Position numbers and translations under genes: made by a program. Shown one piece after another: positions 39,201 through 51,087 of a DNA stretch of 64,000 nt. This stretch comes from Camelus dromedarius. Its lineage: Eukaryota. The notes under the pieces are model-generated. The model did no database searches and was not told where the DNA came from. It was given only the letters and a program-made list of their open reading frames with translations. Location of the stretch: positions 118,236,001 through 118,300,000 of the forward strand of contig NC_087436.1 in NCBI RefSeq assembly GCF_036321535.1, read 5' to 3'. The first letter of the stretch is position 1; the number at the start of each line of letters is the position of its first letter.

Positions 39201-40999
39201 TGAACCCCAAAGGGGACCTGACACTAAGTGGCTGTGTGCACCTGGTCCTCTCAGGACCTTTGGGCTCCAATGTTAGGGGTCTGGCCCGCGTTTACCCGGT
39301 GCCTCACAATGAGTTTACAGATTTAGGAGCTGAATCAGCTGTTGAAATGTAACGTGTGCTCAGCACCATGCTGGGCTGTGCGTCTAGGCAGGAGCACCCC
39401 TTCGATGGAACTCAGAGCCTGTTAGGAAAGAAGAGCCTTGCTCAGATGGTCACACAAACCCACACCCAGCCTGAGGTCACTGCTGTGACAGTGAAGTTCC
39501 AGGAACGGGGAAATGCAGGGCCGCAGCCTGGGCCATCCAGGACGTCAAGGAGGGCTTCTCAGAGGGAGGGACGGCCAAGCAAGAGCTACCAGATGCAGGG
39601 GGCTGAGCAGGCGGAGGGGGAGCGCCCCAGGCACGGGGCACAGTGTGCACACAGACACGGGGACTGGGGGCAGTTGAGGTAGGGCCAGTTGGTCGAGTGG
39701 CTCTGCCCCCAACGTCTCTGCCCCACCCAGGATGGAAAGGAAAGCACACGGGGCATCAGGGGAGCTGAGTTCAAATCCCATGGCTGCCTCTTTTAACTCA
39801 GACCATGTGAAGTCCCTTCACCTCCCTAGGCTTCACTTTCCTTGTCCATAAAAAGAAGACAACGCTGGTTCTCTTGGGCTGTCAGGTGAATTCAACAAGT
39901 TGCAGTACTGGAAGGGGGCTCGTGAACTGTCAGATCGCACACGTGTGAAGGATGGTCATAATCACCGTTTGGACCAGCTCTTCCATCTTCCTTTCTTCTA
40001 CCTCCTGTTTCCTCTAAATTCTCTGGGAAGTGGGGGCCGGTCAAGGTGGGGGAAATAGTCACCATTTATTGAGCACCTACTGTATGCTAGGAACCGAGCT
40101 AGGTCCTTTACATGTATTATTTCATTTCATCCCCATTTTACAGATGAGGAAAAGTGAGCCCCAGGCAGTAACTGAGTTCAGGTGTGAATGGCTTCAAAGC
40201 TTTATCCATCATCACAGGCTGTGCTGCAGTCACTTCGGGGTGTGGGCAAGCATCCCATCATTCCCATCCTGTCCCAAGGATAAAAACAACACTTTTATTG
40301 TTTTCCATGCACTGGGCAGTGGCTCCTGCCTTGGGGAGTTCACAGACTGACCCATGGACAGATCTTTGAGATTCAGTGTTCTTAGAGCAACTGGAAAAAA
40401 AAAAAACCTGGGCTGGGGGAGTCTGCAAGGCCTTCACAGACCCTATCCGACCTGCCTGGGAAGGTGACCCACCTTGTTCTGTGTTGTTGGGCTAACCCAT
40501 CCTTGAAGGAATTCACTGAACCCTGTGCATCCCTGAACATGTTTGTGAATCCTGAAAGCTTCAAAATCTCCACGAGATGTACTTGGGAATAATTAGCTGA
40601 ATGCAATTTCCTTAGTAACCAAGTTGACATCCAGCCCCCATGGAGAAACATGGCGTTTGAACTGAATTAATCAGTGTCAACCGTGCTGATGTTTGTTCTC
40701 TGTAGGATTAAAGAAAAACCAACAAGCCTGGAGCATGGCTTGACCAGATGCACTCTCTCCCCCAAAGTTAAAGCGAGAGGAAAATGATCTGGGTGGCAGC
40801 ATGGGGTTGGAGGCCAGATGTAAGAAAGAACTAACTTACGAGGCTGTGTGTACATTTGAAAAATTGCTTCCATGTCTTTAAATCAAGCCATGGGCCTCTA
40901 ACTGGGATATTATGGATTCTATGACCTCGGGGAGATGCTTAACTGCTCGCAGCCTCAGTTTTATTGTCCAGTAAAATAGGGCTAATAATATTGCCTACC

Positions 41000-41365
41000 T
41001 GTATGAGTTTGCTCAGACTGCATACAAAGTACCGCAGAGTGGGTAGCTTAAACAACGGAAATTATTTTCTCATGATTCTAGAAGCTGGAAGTTCAAGGTC
41101 AGAGTGTCAGCAAGGTTGCTTTCTTCTGAGGCCTCTCCCCTCGCGCATGGCCGCCTTCTCCCTGTGTCCTCACGTGTCTCTGTGTGTGTGTCTCTGTCCT
41201 GATCTCCTCTTCTTGTAAGGACACCAGTCAGACTGGATCAGGGCCCAAACTCGTGACCTCTTTTGAGCTTAATTATCTCTTTAAAAATCATCTTTCCAGA
41301 TACAGTCACATTCTGAGGTACTGGGGCTTAGAACTTCGGCATATGTAATTACGGGAGACACAACG
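41000..41365 (-). mobile_element. MLT1A-type MaLR LTR
   Basis: GGTAGCTTAAACAACGGAAATT...CAGTCACATTCTGAGGTACTGGGG. Confidence 0.88.
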
Positions 41366-41369
41366 TAAA

Positions 41370-41805
41370 CTGAATAATGGCCCCCCCATGATGCCAAGTC
41401 CAAACCCCTCCAAACCTGTGCGCACGATACCTCACAAAGCCCAAGGGACTTTGCAGATGTAATTAAGTTAAGGATTATGAGACAGGAAAATTATCCCAGA
41501 CGATCTAGGTGGGTCCAGTGTCACTGCAAGTGTCCTTATATGACAGAGGCAGGAGGGTCAGAGTCGGCGGTAGATGGGACCACAGAAGCAGGAGGCTGGA
41601 GGGATGCTCAGTCAGGAAGTACAGGCACCTCTGGAAGCAGAGAAGGCAGGGAAGCAGATTCTCCCTGAGAGCCTCCAGAAGGAACTCAGTCCTGTTGACA
41701 TTTGATTTCCCCCCCTCAAGACTCATTTTGAACTGTAAGCAAAAAAGCTGTTGTCAGTCACTAAGTTTGTAGTCACTTGTTAGCGCAGCCCTGGGAACCT
41801 GATTC
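41370..41805 (+). mobile_element. MLT1D-type MaLR LTR
   Basis: GAATAATGGCCCCCC...GGGACTTTGCAGATGTAATTAAGTTAAGGAT...GAGCCTCCAGAAGGAAC. Confidence 0.88.
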
Positions 41806-41934
41806 AGGTCCCAGGAGCATCAGTGAAGGAGCTCCTGCAAAGGGCCTGGAGCCCTCGGGGAGATAAATGAATACTGCCAAGTTGTGACCTCCGCCAGGTC
41901 ACAAGGAAGCAGACAGGCCGTGGGGCCAGAGGAG

Positions 41935-42330
41935 GCACTTACACCACAAACTGGGGGCCTAAAACCACATTTGGGCGTTCTGTCCCAGTTCAGAAGTCCA
42001 AAATCAAGGTGTTGGCATGTGTGGTTCCTTCTGGGGGCTCTCACAGAGAATCCATCCTAGAGCCCTCTGCAGGATGCTGGTGGCTCCGGGCAGTCTTTCT
42101 TTTTCTTACAAATACATCACTCAGATCTCTGCTTTGTCTTCACCTCCTTCTTCCCTGCGGGGATCTGTGTCTCTCCCCCTCTTCTTGTAAGGACACCAGT
42201 CATTGGATTCAGGGCTCACGCTCCTGAGTACGACCTCCTCTTAATTACCCCCGCAAAGATGCTGGTTCCAGAGGACGTCACATTCACAGGTACTGCGTAG
42301 GATGAATCTGGGGAGATGCTGCTCGACCCA
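41935..42330 (-). mobile_element. MLT1B/C-type MaLR LTR
   Basis: CACAAACTGGG...AGAAGTCCAAAATCAAGGTGTTGGCA...TAAGGACACCAGTCATTGGATT. Confidence 0.85.
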
Positions 42331-43174
42331 CTACAGTATTTCAGGAGGAGACTGTAACTGAGCTGTGTCCCAAAACCTGCATCAGAAGATTTAGCAGAGG
42401 GAGGCGGACGTGCTGCTGGCAAGCCGGGGGCCGGGGACGGCTGGGGTGCCCGGAGCACAGAGCGTGTAGGGGCCAGGCTGGCCGGCGGGAGCAGGAAGGG
42501 CCCTAAGGCCTCTGGCCTTTGATTAGTGCTTCTGAACATTCGTCTGGGAACGTGCCTGGGGCCAGTGACCACTGTGCCTTCTTCTGAAACTGTGTCCTCA
42601 TGCTGCTTCTGGGCTAAAATGCCTCTTTCCCAATCCTTTTGCTCAAGTCCAGTGGTAGGACTTGGTAGTTCTCTTCGATGCCCTCAGCTGATGGATTTAA
42701 AAGTTGACAACCGCATTTCGGTGTTCACTTGCAGTTTCTGAGATTATGTTAGAACACGGAATCCCAGAGTTCTGGCCACCAGCGCTGTAGGCACCAGAGG
42801 GCCGTTAAGGGGATTTACGTAAGAAGGAACAGATTCATGCTTCGGAAAGGCATTCGGATCATATTTTAAAAGAAATGAAACCTTGTATGTGGGTGTTGTA
42901 ATAAAGAAACACACCCTGAAATACAAGTAGCATAATTTTGTTTATCAAATCAGATATTTATTGTAAGCGTGCTCCTCGAATTATTAACTGCCTGATTTAG
43001 ATTCCAGGAACTCTAATTCATTTTCTTTTTTTTTTTTTTTTCAAAGTGGTGAATCTTTTTTTCTAATTCATTTTCTTCTTGAGTTTTTCCCCCAGGCAAG
43101 GAATGTTCGTTGATCTAGAGGCAAGAGCAGGTCTCATTTGCTAACATGTGACCTTTGACCTTCTGAAAATAGCT

Positions 43175-43335
43175 TTTTTAAATGTATAGTCAGTTATAAT
43201 ATGTCGATTTCTGGTGTACAGCACAATGTTTCAGTCGTACATACACATACGTGTATTCTTTTTCATTAGCGGTTGCTACAAGATTCTGAATATAGCTCCC
43301 TGTGCGATACAGAATAAACTTGTTAATCTACTTTC
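43175..43335 (-). mobile_element. Short L1 3' end inserted in a MIR
   Basis: TTTCTGGTGTACAGCA...ACAAGATTCTGAATATAGCTCCCTGTGC; MIR sequence lies on both sides. Confidence 0.8.
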
Positions 43336-44197
43336 TATAAAGAGTTCTTTCTTCATCAATAAAATGGGAGTAGCAAGCTCTAAGAGTTGTGTCAGAACTG
43401 AGAGAGGTGACACATAAATGAAGGGAGGTGACATATCTAGTTCAGTAACCCCTGACCCAGAGTGGCCACCCTTCTCGTGAAGCCCGCGCGACCTGCCTGC
43501 TTGGTGCCTGGCTCCAGCCGGAACCCAGGGAAGGGCAGCTGCTAATAGTTCCACTGCTTCTGTTGCCTCTGGGGCATCGCGTTGGGGGCTGGAGTTAGTC
43601 CGTGGTCCCCATCCTCCATCAGAAGCAGGAAAGAGACAGGAGAAGGAAGTGATGTCTAACCCGTAGTAATGATGTGTGGTTTCAGAATCGTTACCCAGTT
43701 CCTGGAAGAAGAGTCCATGCCAACAAGGTGAGAGATTCCAAAACATGAGCCCTGAGTTCAGCAGCCTCCAGTCCCACATCGGCTTGCTGCTGGGTGGGTG
43801 CGGGCTGGCCACGCGCTCCGTGGCCAAGCTGAATCCCACCAGTCCAGCCCTGAGCTCAGTCACTGTCTCCAGCCTTCCCTTCCAGGGCCCGTTCTGTGAG
43901 CTCGGCCTCAGTACCGAACCACCTTTGTTTCTGTTATTCATAACAAGGAGCGTCCTGCGGGCCTGGCGCTGTGCTGGCTGCTCTCATAAATCCTCACCGA
44001 AATTAGACAGCACTGTCTACTGTTCAGCCAGCCTGGAAGAAAATCCCAAGGGTTGCTTCCTAAGTCTAACCACCTGAAGTGGGCTCCGTGATCAAATACA
44101 GCCCCTCGCAAGGGGTCTCATCCCACCTGGCCAAACCCGTCTCCCTTCCTCCAGAAGCCACTACCCGCCTTCTCCAGCCTTGGAGCTGGTCGTTCTT

Positions 44198-44958
44198 TTT
44201 TATTTTTTTTTTTCTAATTGAAGTGTAGTTGATTTACAATGTTGTGTTAGTTTCTGGTGTACAGCAAAGTGATTCCGCACACATATGTATATTATTTTTC
44301 ATATTCTTTTTCATTAGAGGCCACTACAAGATATTGAATGTAGTTCCCTGTGCAGTACAGTAGGACCTTGCTGTTTATCTGTTATAATTTATATATAGTA
44401 GTTTTTATCTGCTAATTCCAAACTCCTAATTTATCCCTCCCCAACCCCTTCCCACTTTGGTAACCTAAGTTTGTTTTCTAGGTCTGTGAGTCTGTTTCTG
44501 CTTTCTAAATTAGTTCATTTTTGCCATTTTTTAAGATTCCATATGTAAGTGATAGCATGTGATATTTGTCTTTCTCTGACTTACTTCACTTAGTATGATA
44601 ATCTCTAAGTCTATCCATGCAAATGGCATGATTTCATTCTTTTTTATGGCTGAGTAGTATTCCATTGTGTGTGTGTGTATGTATCACATCTTCTTTATCC
44701 AGTCATCTGTCGTTGGACACTTAGGTTGCTTTCATGTCTTGGCTATTGTAAATAGTGCTGCTGTGAGCACTGGGGTGCATGTATCTTTTCAAATTAAACT
44801 TTTCCCTGGATATATGCCCAAGAGTAGGATTGCTGGATCATATGGTGGGTCTATTTTTGGTTTTTTAAGGGCTCTTTATATTGTTTTCTTTAGTGGCTGC
44901 ACCAATTTACATTCCCACCAGCAGTGCAGGAGGGTTGCCTTTTCTCCACACCCTCTCC
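44198..44958 (-). mobile_element. 5'-truncated L1 with a 15-nt TSD
   Basis: PolyT, 3'UTR and ORF2 end; TSD GAGCTGG(T/C)CGTTCTT at 44183-44197 and 44959-44973. Confidence 0.93.
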
Positions 44959-46018
44959 GAGCTGGCCGTTCTTAATCCTCTCCCCAGTCGTGCCTGTAAA
45001 GCCATACATGCAATTACCAGATGAGGGGTGGGGAGCTGTAGATGTCTCTGGATCAGACAACTGACACCATCGAATTTGTGCTTCAGGACGTGATAAAGAT
45101 AATTCCCTGTAATAGTTATGATGTAGGTGCAGGTGCTTTAGCAACGAGCAGGAAAGATGACTGAAACATACCCTCACCGCAGTGACGCAGAGCACGTGCT
45201 ATTGCCCACTTCACAGCTGAGGAAGCGGCGTTCACACCAGGCGGTGTGCCGTGCCCGCAGGGCAGCAGACTCAGGACTGGAGTGCAGCCTCGGTGTGTCT
45301 GTCTTTGTCCACCTTCTCCTGACACCTCTGTGATGCCAGCAGCGTGTCTCTCTGTCGGGGTAAAATATCCACAGATTTTCATTTCACAGATGTGGCACTT
45401 TTCCCACAAGGTTTTTATTTGTCTTTATTGCTGCGTAAGATTGTAGACGTATAACACTCAGAAACCCCTGCAAAGAGACTCAGGCAGAAATGTCCCCACG
45501 GCCCTGCTTTTCAGTCTGGACCACAGCCATATCTGGGCTGTTTTTTTAAAATACCCCAGCTGACATTTTATGCTTTGTTTTATTTGGGGGCTAAAGAATA
45601 ATTCAAAAGCAGAACCAGATTTTATAGCCTTGCAGGCACATTTCCCATCAAAGTGTCATTTTGCCTGGCTCCAAAATTATGGGCCTGTCCTCAGAAAACA
45701 TCATCACAGACTTGCCCATCCTCACAAAGCTCCTAATGCCATTTCTGAACACATGGACCCATTTTCGGCAAAATGATGTGCTTGAGCGGAGATACGACCA
45801 ATGCAAAGAGTAGAACCGGAGAGAGTGGTCGTGGGCCCATGAACCCAGAGGCGCCGACGGGATGCTTGCCCATAAAATGCCATTCTTATTAAATCCCGAT
45901 GACTCAGGCTCCCCATCTCCTCTGTACGGCTTCGCAGGAGTCTGCCTGGTGAGTCTCCTATGAAAGAGATCTAATTCACTTTGCTAAAAGCTCAAGAAGC
46001 CCCGAGTCCTCCTTAGCT

Positions 46019-46537
46019 CTTTTTTTTTAAATTAAAGTTTAGTTGATTTACAATGTTGTGTTAGTTTCAGGTGTACAGCAAAGTGATTCAGTTATATATA
46101 TAACTATTCTTTTTCAGGTTCTTTTCCATTATAGGTCATTACAAGATATTGACTACGGTTCCCTGTGCTGTACAGTAGTTTGTATCTGCAAATCCTGAAC
46201 TCCCAATTTATCCCTCTTCCACCTCTTTCCCCTTTGGTAACCATAATTTTGGTTTCTATGTCTGTGAGTCTGTCTGTTTTGTAAATATGTTCATTTGTCT
46301 CCTTTTTTTAGATTCCATATATAAGTAATATCACATGGTATTTGTCTTTCTATGTCTGACTTATTTGGTATGATCATCTCTAGGTCCATCCATGTTGCTG
46401 CAAATGGCATTATTTCATCCTTTTTTATGGCTGAATAGTATTCCATTATATGTATACACTACATCTTCTTTATCTGGTCATCTGCTGATGAACATTTAGG
46501 TTGCTTCCATGTCTTGGCTGTTGTAAATAGTGCTGCT
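46019..46537 (-). mobile_element. 5'-truncated L1, same family as 44198-44958
   Basis: TAGTTGATTTACAATGTTGTGTTAGTTTCAGGTGTACAGCAAAGTGATTC...TTGTAAATAGTGCTGC. Confidence 0.92.
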
Positions 46538-46729
46538 TCTTTTGAGAGCAGTGATAGAACCCTCATCATCATTTATTTCAGTGCTTCTTATGCACCGGGA
46601 GCCCTGCTGAGCCTTGCATGGTAACACCTCCTTGTATCCTCCCAGTCACAGCTGGATAGGGACCATCATTCCCATTTTCCAGATGAGAATGAGACTCAGA
46701 GTAAGTTGCCCAAGATCATGTAGCTATCA

Positions 46730-47175
46730 TAGCTGTTTTCTACCACTGCATGATGAATTCCCACTAACTTAGCACCTTAAGACAAGTCATATTTACTTCC
46801 TCACAGTTTCCGTGGGTCAGAAGTCTGGGCACAGCTTAGCTGGCTCCTCTGCTCAGGGTGTCACAAAGCTGTGGCCCAGGTGCTCGCTGGGCTGCATTCC
46901 TTTATGGACCTATCTGGATCTGGTTGGATCAGTGCTGTCCTGGCTGTTGGCAGAATTCAGCCCTTTGTGGCTTCAGGGATGAAGTCACTGTTTCCTTGCT
47001 GGAGCTCAGCTCCTGGAGGTGCCTGCCCGTCCCTGCTCCATGGCCCATTCCTATGGGACAGCCAGCAAGGGAGGCTCCCTCACTCCAGCCCCCTGGGACA
47101 GCATCTGATAGGCTGTGATCACGGGAATGACTCCAGCCACCTTTGTCGTGTTCCCTTGGCTAGAAGCGTATCGCA
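46730..47175 (-). mobile_element. MLT1-type MaLR LTR
   Basis: CTCACAGTTTCCGTGGGTCAGAAGTCTGGGCACAGCTTAGCTGG. Confidence 0.75.
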
Positions 47176-47907
47176 GGTCAAACCATTCACCCTCCAGCCT
47201 TCTGTGGCCTCTTCTACAAAATGAGAGCCTGCTCCCGGGATTTTTAGGACAGATTCTTTCTTGTCATTCTGATGCCAGCCTAATGTCATGTCTTCCGAAA
47301 GTCCTTCCATGGCCACCTACCAAAAACAGGTCTCTTTCAGACCTTGATTCGTACTCTTCAGAGCTCTTGTCGCTGCTTGAGATCGGGTCATGAATTCGTG
47401 TGCTTTCTGGCCTGTGTCCCCTCCTAGAAACAAGCTCCACCTGGCGGGGTCTGCCTTGTTCACTGCGTGGCCCTGGTGACTGTGGAGGGGTCACCCCCCA
47501 AATGCCTAAGGATCGTTGACTCCCCTCCGTGCTCAGAGCTGACCCAGAGGCGTGGGTCAGATGTTTAGTCCGCACCACAAAGGAAGCCAGGGCACAGGGA
47601 GGGGAGCCCTGGCGGCAGGGGAGGGGCCGGGGTGGGAACTCAGACAGTCTGTTTGAGTGGACTTGCCAGGGCAAGACAGCCTCTTTCCTTGGAGCCGGGG
47701 ATCTGGTTTACCAAGCCACTCTTATCCATGCCCTGTTTGGTCCTCATGACATGAGAGACCATGAACGGGTTTGGGGGGGACCTTTCGGATGGGGACACAA
47801 GCTCGGATGGACCACAGGACCGTTCGAGATCACACCGTGGTCAGTGGGGACCTTGGCTGCCCCTTGACCCTTACCCCCTCCTCCACTAGCCCTCCTGCTC
47901 CGCCAGG

Positions 47908-48365
47908 TGCGTGAGCTTCCTGGGGCTGTTGTAGCAAATTATCACAAAATTGGTGGCTTCAGACAACACAAATTTATTACGTCACAGTTCTGGCCGGAGG
48001 ACTGAAGTTAAGATGCCAGCAAGGCGAGGATTCTCCGGAGGCTCTGGGGGGAGAGCCCTTTCCTTCCTCTTCCAGCTTCTGGTGGCTCCTGGCTCTCTGT
48101 GGCTTGTGGCCGCATCCCTGCAGTTTCTGCCTCTGTCATGACGTGGCCTCTTCTCTCCTTCGTGTCTGTGTCCAAACCTCCATCTCCCTTCTCTCACAAA
48201 GACAGCAGGTATTGGATTTAGGACCCTCCCAAACCCAGGATGCCTTCCTCTTGAGATCCTTAACTAATTCCATCTGGAAAGACCCTGTTTCCGAATAAGT
48301 CACATTCTGAAGTCCTGAGTAGACATGAATTTGGGGGAGGGGGGAGACGACACTCTTCACTCCAC
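47908..48365 (-). mobile_element. MLT1C-type MaLR LTR
   Basis: CACAAAATTGGTGGCTTCAGACAACACAAATTTATT...AAAGACCCTGTTTCCGAATAAGTCACATTCTGA. Confidence 0.88.
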
Positions 48366-49362
48366 TACACAAGGCCACCTCTCCTTAGGTCTGCCACCAC
48401 CACCCCACCTTTTATTGGCTCCGACAGCTTGCTCCCCTCTGGTCCCTGCAGTCTCCGGCTGGCCGTCCACTCCCAGATGCCACAGCCAACTGTCCCCTGC
48501 CCTGTGGCACCTGTGCCACCCCACCTGTGTCTCTGTCTTCCACTGATTCTGAGCTTCAGGAGGGGAGGGACTATGTCCCGGGCATCTGCAACTCCAGCTC
48601 TCTGCCCAGACCTGCCAGGAGGAAGCATTTGAGTAACATCCCAGAGGGAAAAGGCAGGGGACAGAGAAAACCCGAGGCAGGGCACTTTCAGCATCAGGGG
48701 AAGTGGCAGCTCAGGCCAAGGCCCTTGCAGTCATTTTGGGCTCCTGCTCCTGGTCCACGGCCACCTCCTTCAGGATCCCTATGCCCCAGACAAGGTCATC
48801 CCAGTCCTGGTGACACCCGGAAGAAAGGGTGTGCTTTAGCACTGGCTGCTGTGTTTTCATCCTTGACAAGTTTTCATTTCCCTTTTTTCACCTTTTCTGG
48901 AGAAACCCTCCTGGGAGAGGCCCTGGATGGGGGCCAAGTGTCTGCTGATCTGACCCACAAACACTCGACTCTGGGACTTCTTCCTCTTGTTTTGATTGTG
49001 TCAGCTCTCAAGTTCATCCTCCCCAGGGGGCTCGCCAACAGTCAATCTCTGTTCACCGTGGATGTTTGTGAACTTGGCAGCGGGGGTCTATTTGCTTAAT
49101 GCTTGTCAATATTCATGGGCTCGAAAAGTCACAGTGAAAATGAACATTTAAATATATGACTTGAGTGTTGTTTTCATCCTCAAAGCCAGAGACATTGCCT
49201 CATGTTGCTACAAAGAACCGTAATGTGTTCAGGTAGAATTGCTATGTGATAAGCTCAGGAGCAAGCGCTTTTTATGTCCAAGAAAGCTGTCATCAGTCTC
49301 AAACGATTTGGCATTTACTGCAAATGAGTGAGGGGCTTGCAGTTTTAAAATCCATGGTTTTA

Positions 49363-49713
49363 GAAACAAATCCACAAACTTACGAGCAAACTTATGGTAC
49401 GGGGCAGGGGAGGGAAGAGTGTGGGGAGGGATAAATTGGGAGTTCGGGTTTGCAGGTACTAACTACTATATACAAAATAGACCAACCACAAGGTCCTACC
49501 ATACAGCAGAGGGAACTACAATCAATACCTTGTAAAGGCCTATAATGAAAAAGAATAGGAAAATGAATATATATATACACACACACACATATATATATAT
49601 AGCTGAATCACTATGCTGTACACCAGAAACTAACACAACATTGTAAATCGACTACACTTCAATTAAAAATAAATAAATACAAACATCATTGAAAATGTAT
49701 GTAAATACATAAG
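49363..49713 (+). mobile_element. L1 3' end
   Basis: GAATCACTATGCTGTACACCAGAAACTAACACAACATTGTAAATC; degenerate TSD TAAAATCC(A/G)TG... at 49346-49362 and 49714-49730. Confidence 0.9.
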
Positions 49714-49865
49714 TAAAATCCGTGATCTTAATATGAAGCTTTGGGAAGTGTGTGCATGTTAATGAGGCGCAAATCAGGGCTGAAGATGTGAATTGAGTTT
49801 CTTCACCGCTGTGCCTCTTTCACGGTCATTCTTCTGTCCCTCTCTCTCCCGTGTTTCCTGTGTGT

Positions 49866-50328
49866 GGACAAAGACTCTCCTCTCCACCAAACTCTACTCA
49901 GCTTCTTCTGAGTTCTTTTGAAACTGGACCTCATCTTTTGGACTTTCAAAAGTATCAGTCTCTGCGTTGTCTGATCTTAGCAAGCACCTGCGAAGTCGGT
50001 TTAGCCAGAGCCCCCCATCCTCCAGACCCGATCACCCTTTGATCAGGTTGTTCATCCCTGGATGGTTTGATCACCCTGGACAGCCTCCAGCAAGAATCCT
50101 GCTAGGCTGGTTCAGCTAGAACCCCCCTCGCCTCTGACGTCTCCTCTTAGTAACTTTCCATCCACTGATCCCTACCTGCTCTTTGGCTATAAAACCCCAC
50201 TTGCCCACATTGTGTTCAGAATTGAGCCTGGTTCTGTACTGAGGTCTCTTTGCCTTTGGTGATTGCAGTTGAATAAAATCTGTTTTTTACCGCTTTAAGT
50301 ACTGTCCAGCTCTGGTTTTTCTTTGATG
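49866..50328 (+). mobile_element. MER31-type ERV1 solo LTR, sense to STK32B
   Basis: Starts GGACAAAGACTCTCCTCTCCACCAAACT; contains CAGCAAGAATCCTGCTAGG, TATAAAA 50188-50194 and AATAAA 50272-50277. Confidence 0.8.
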
Positions 50329-50559
50329 GTGTTTGCTATGATGGGCACCGTGCTGGGGATGCAGAGGTGAGGAAAGGAAAGCCCCTGCCTTTAAACATTA
50401 CAGCTTGGAGTTGGGAGCCTTTTGCTATAGTGGTGACATACAGTAGAACTTTCGAGACACTCCCCAGCTCACATTTTGCTGCCTGTGGCTCACTGTGTTA
50501 CCCTAAGAAGGGATCAGCAAACTTCTAAAGGACCGGATAATAAATATTTTACAAATGAA

Positions 50560-50830
50560 TGACTCAGCAATGTAGAAAACAAACTTGTGGTTACCGAAGA
50601 AGGGGGAAAAGGGGGAGGGGACAAGTTAGAGGTGCGGGATTCACAGGTGCAAACTACTATACATGAGACAGATAAGCAACAAAAACGGACTACACAGCAC
50701 AGGGCAGTGCGCCTGTTATCTTATAATCGTCTTGGAAGGAGTATAATCTGCAAAAATACGGAATCACTGTGCGCTACAGCTGAAATTAACACAATATTGT
50801 AAATCAACTATACTTTGATTTAAAAAAAAA
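50560..50830 (+). mobile_element. L1 3' end fragment
   Basis: AAACAAACTTGTGGTTACC...GAATCACTGTGCGCTACAGCTGAAATTAACACAATATTGTAAATCAACTATAC followed by polyA. Confidence 0.88.
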
Positions 50831-51051
50831 GAACATTCCAGAAAAAAAAAAAAAAAGATTCACACAATCCACTTGCAGTTCCAGGAAAAGGAAAGGCAAA
50901 GGAAGTAAGAACTCGGGCTCCACAAGCGTAAGAACTACTCTCCTGCTCTCTGTCTGGGCCCTCACGCCAGGGAAGAGACGAGCTCGCCGAGCGTCGGCAG
51001 GCGTCTGTCCCCAGTGCTCGTGCGTGTCATGTTCTCCTCAGTGGGCGCCAG

Positions 51052-51087
51052 GACTCACATTTTCAGCTTCTTTGTTTTCTCTTTCAG
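51052..51087 (+). promoter_or_regulatory. Branch point (GACTCAC, A at 51057), polypyrimidine tract and 3' splice site of the micro-exon
   Basis: yUnAy match 30 nt upstream of the acceptor, followed by a T/C-rich tract. Confidence 0.65.

Larger units (their letters stand above)
1..51087 (+). other. STK32B: 3' part of a long STK32B intron (>51 kb) upstream of the catalytic-loop micro-exon
   Basis: I found no sequence encoding the preceding kinase segment (ending ...IIHR) in the window. The segment ends in a canonical AG. Confidence 0.8.

Noticed and set aside
43276..43941. Longest ORF in the track (221 aa, minus strand)
   Set aside because: No recognisable domain, and it ends inside MIR/L1 sequence. 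Chance ORFs of this length are plausible in GC-rich DNA.
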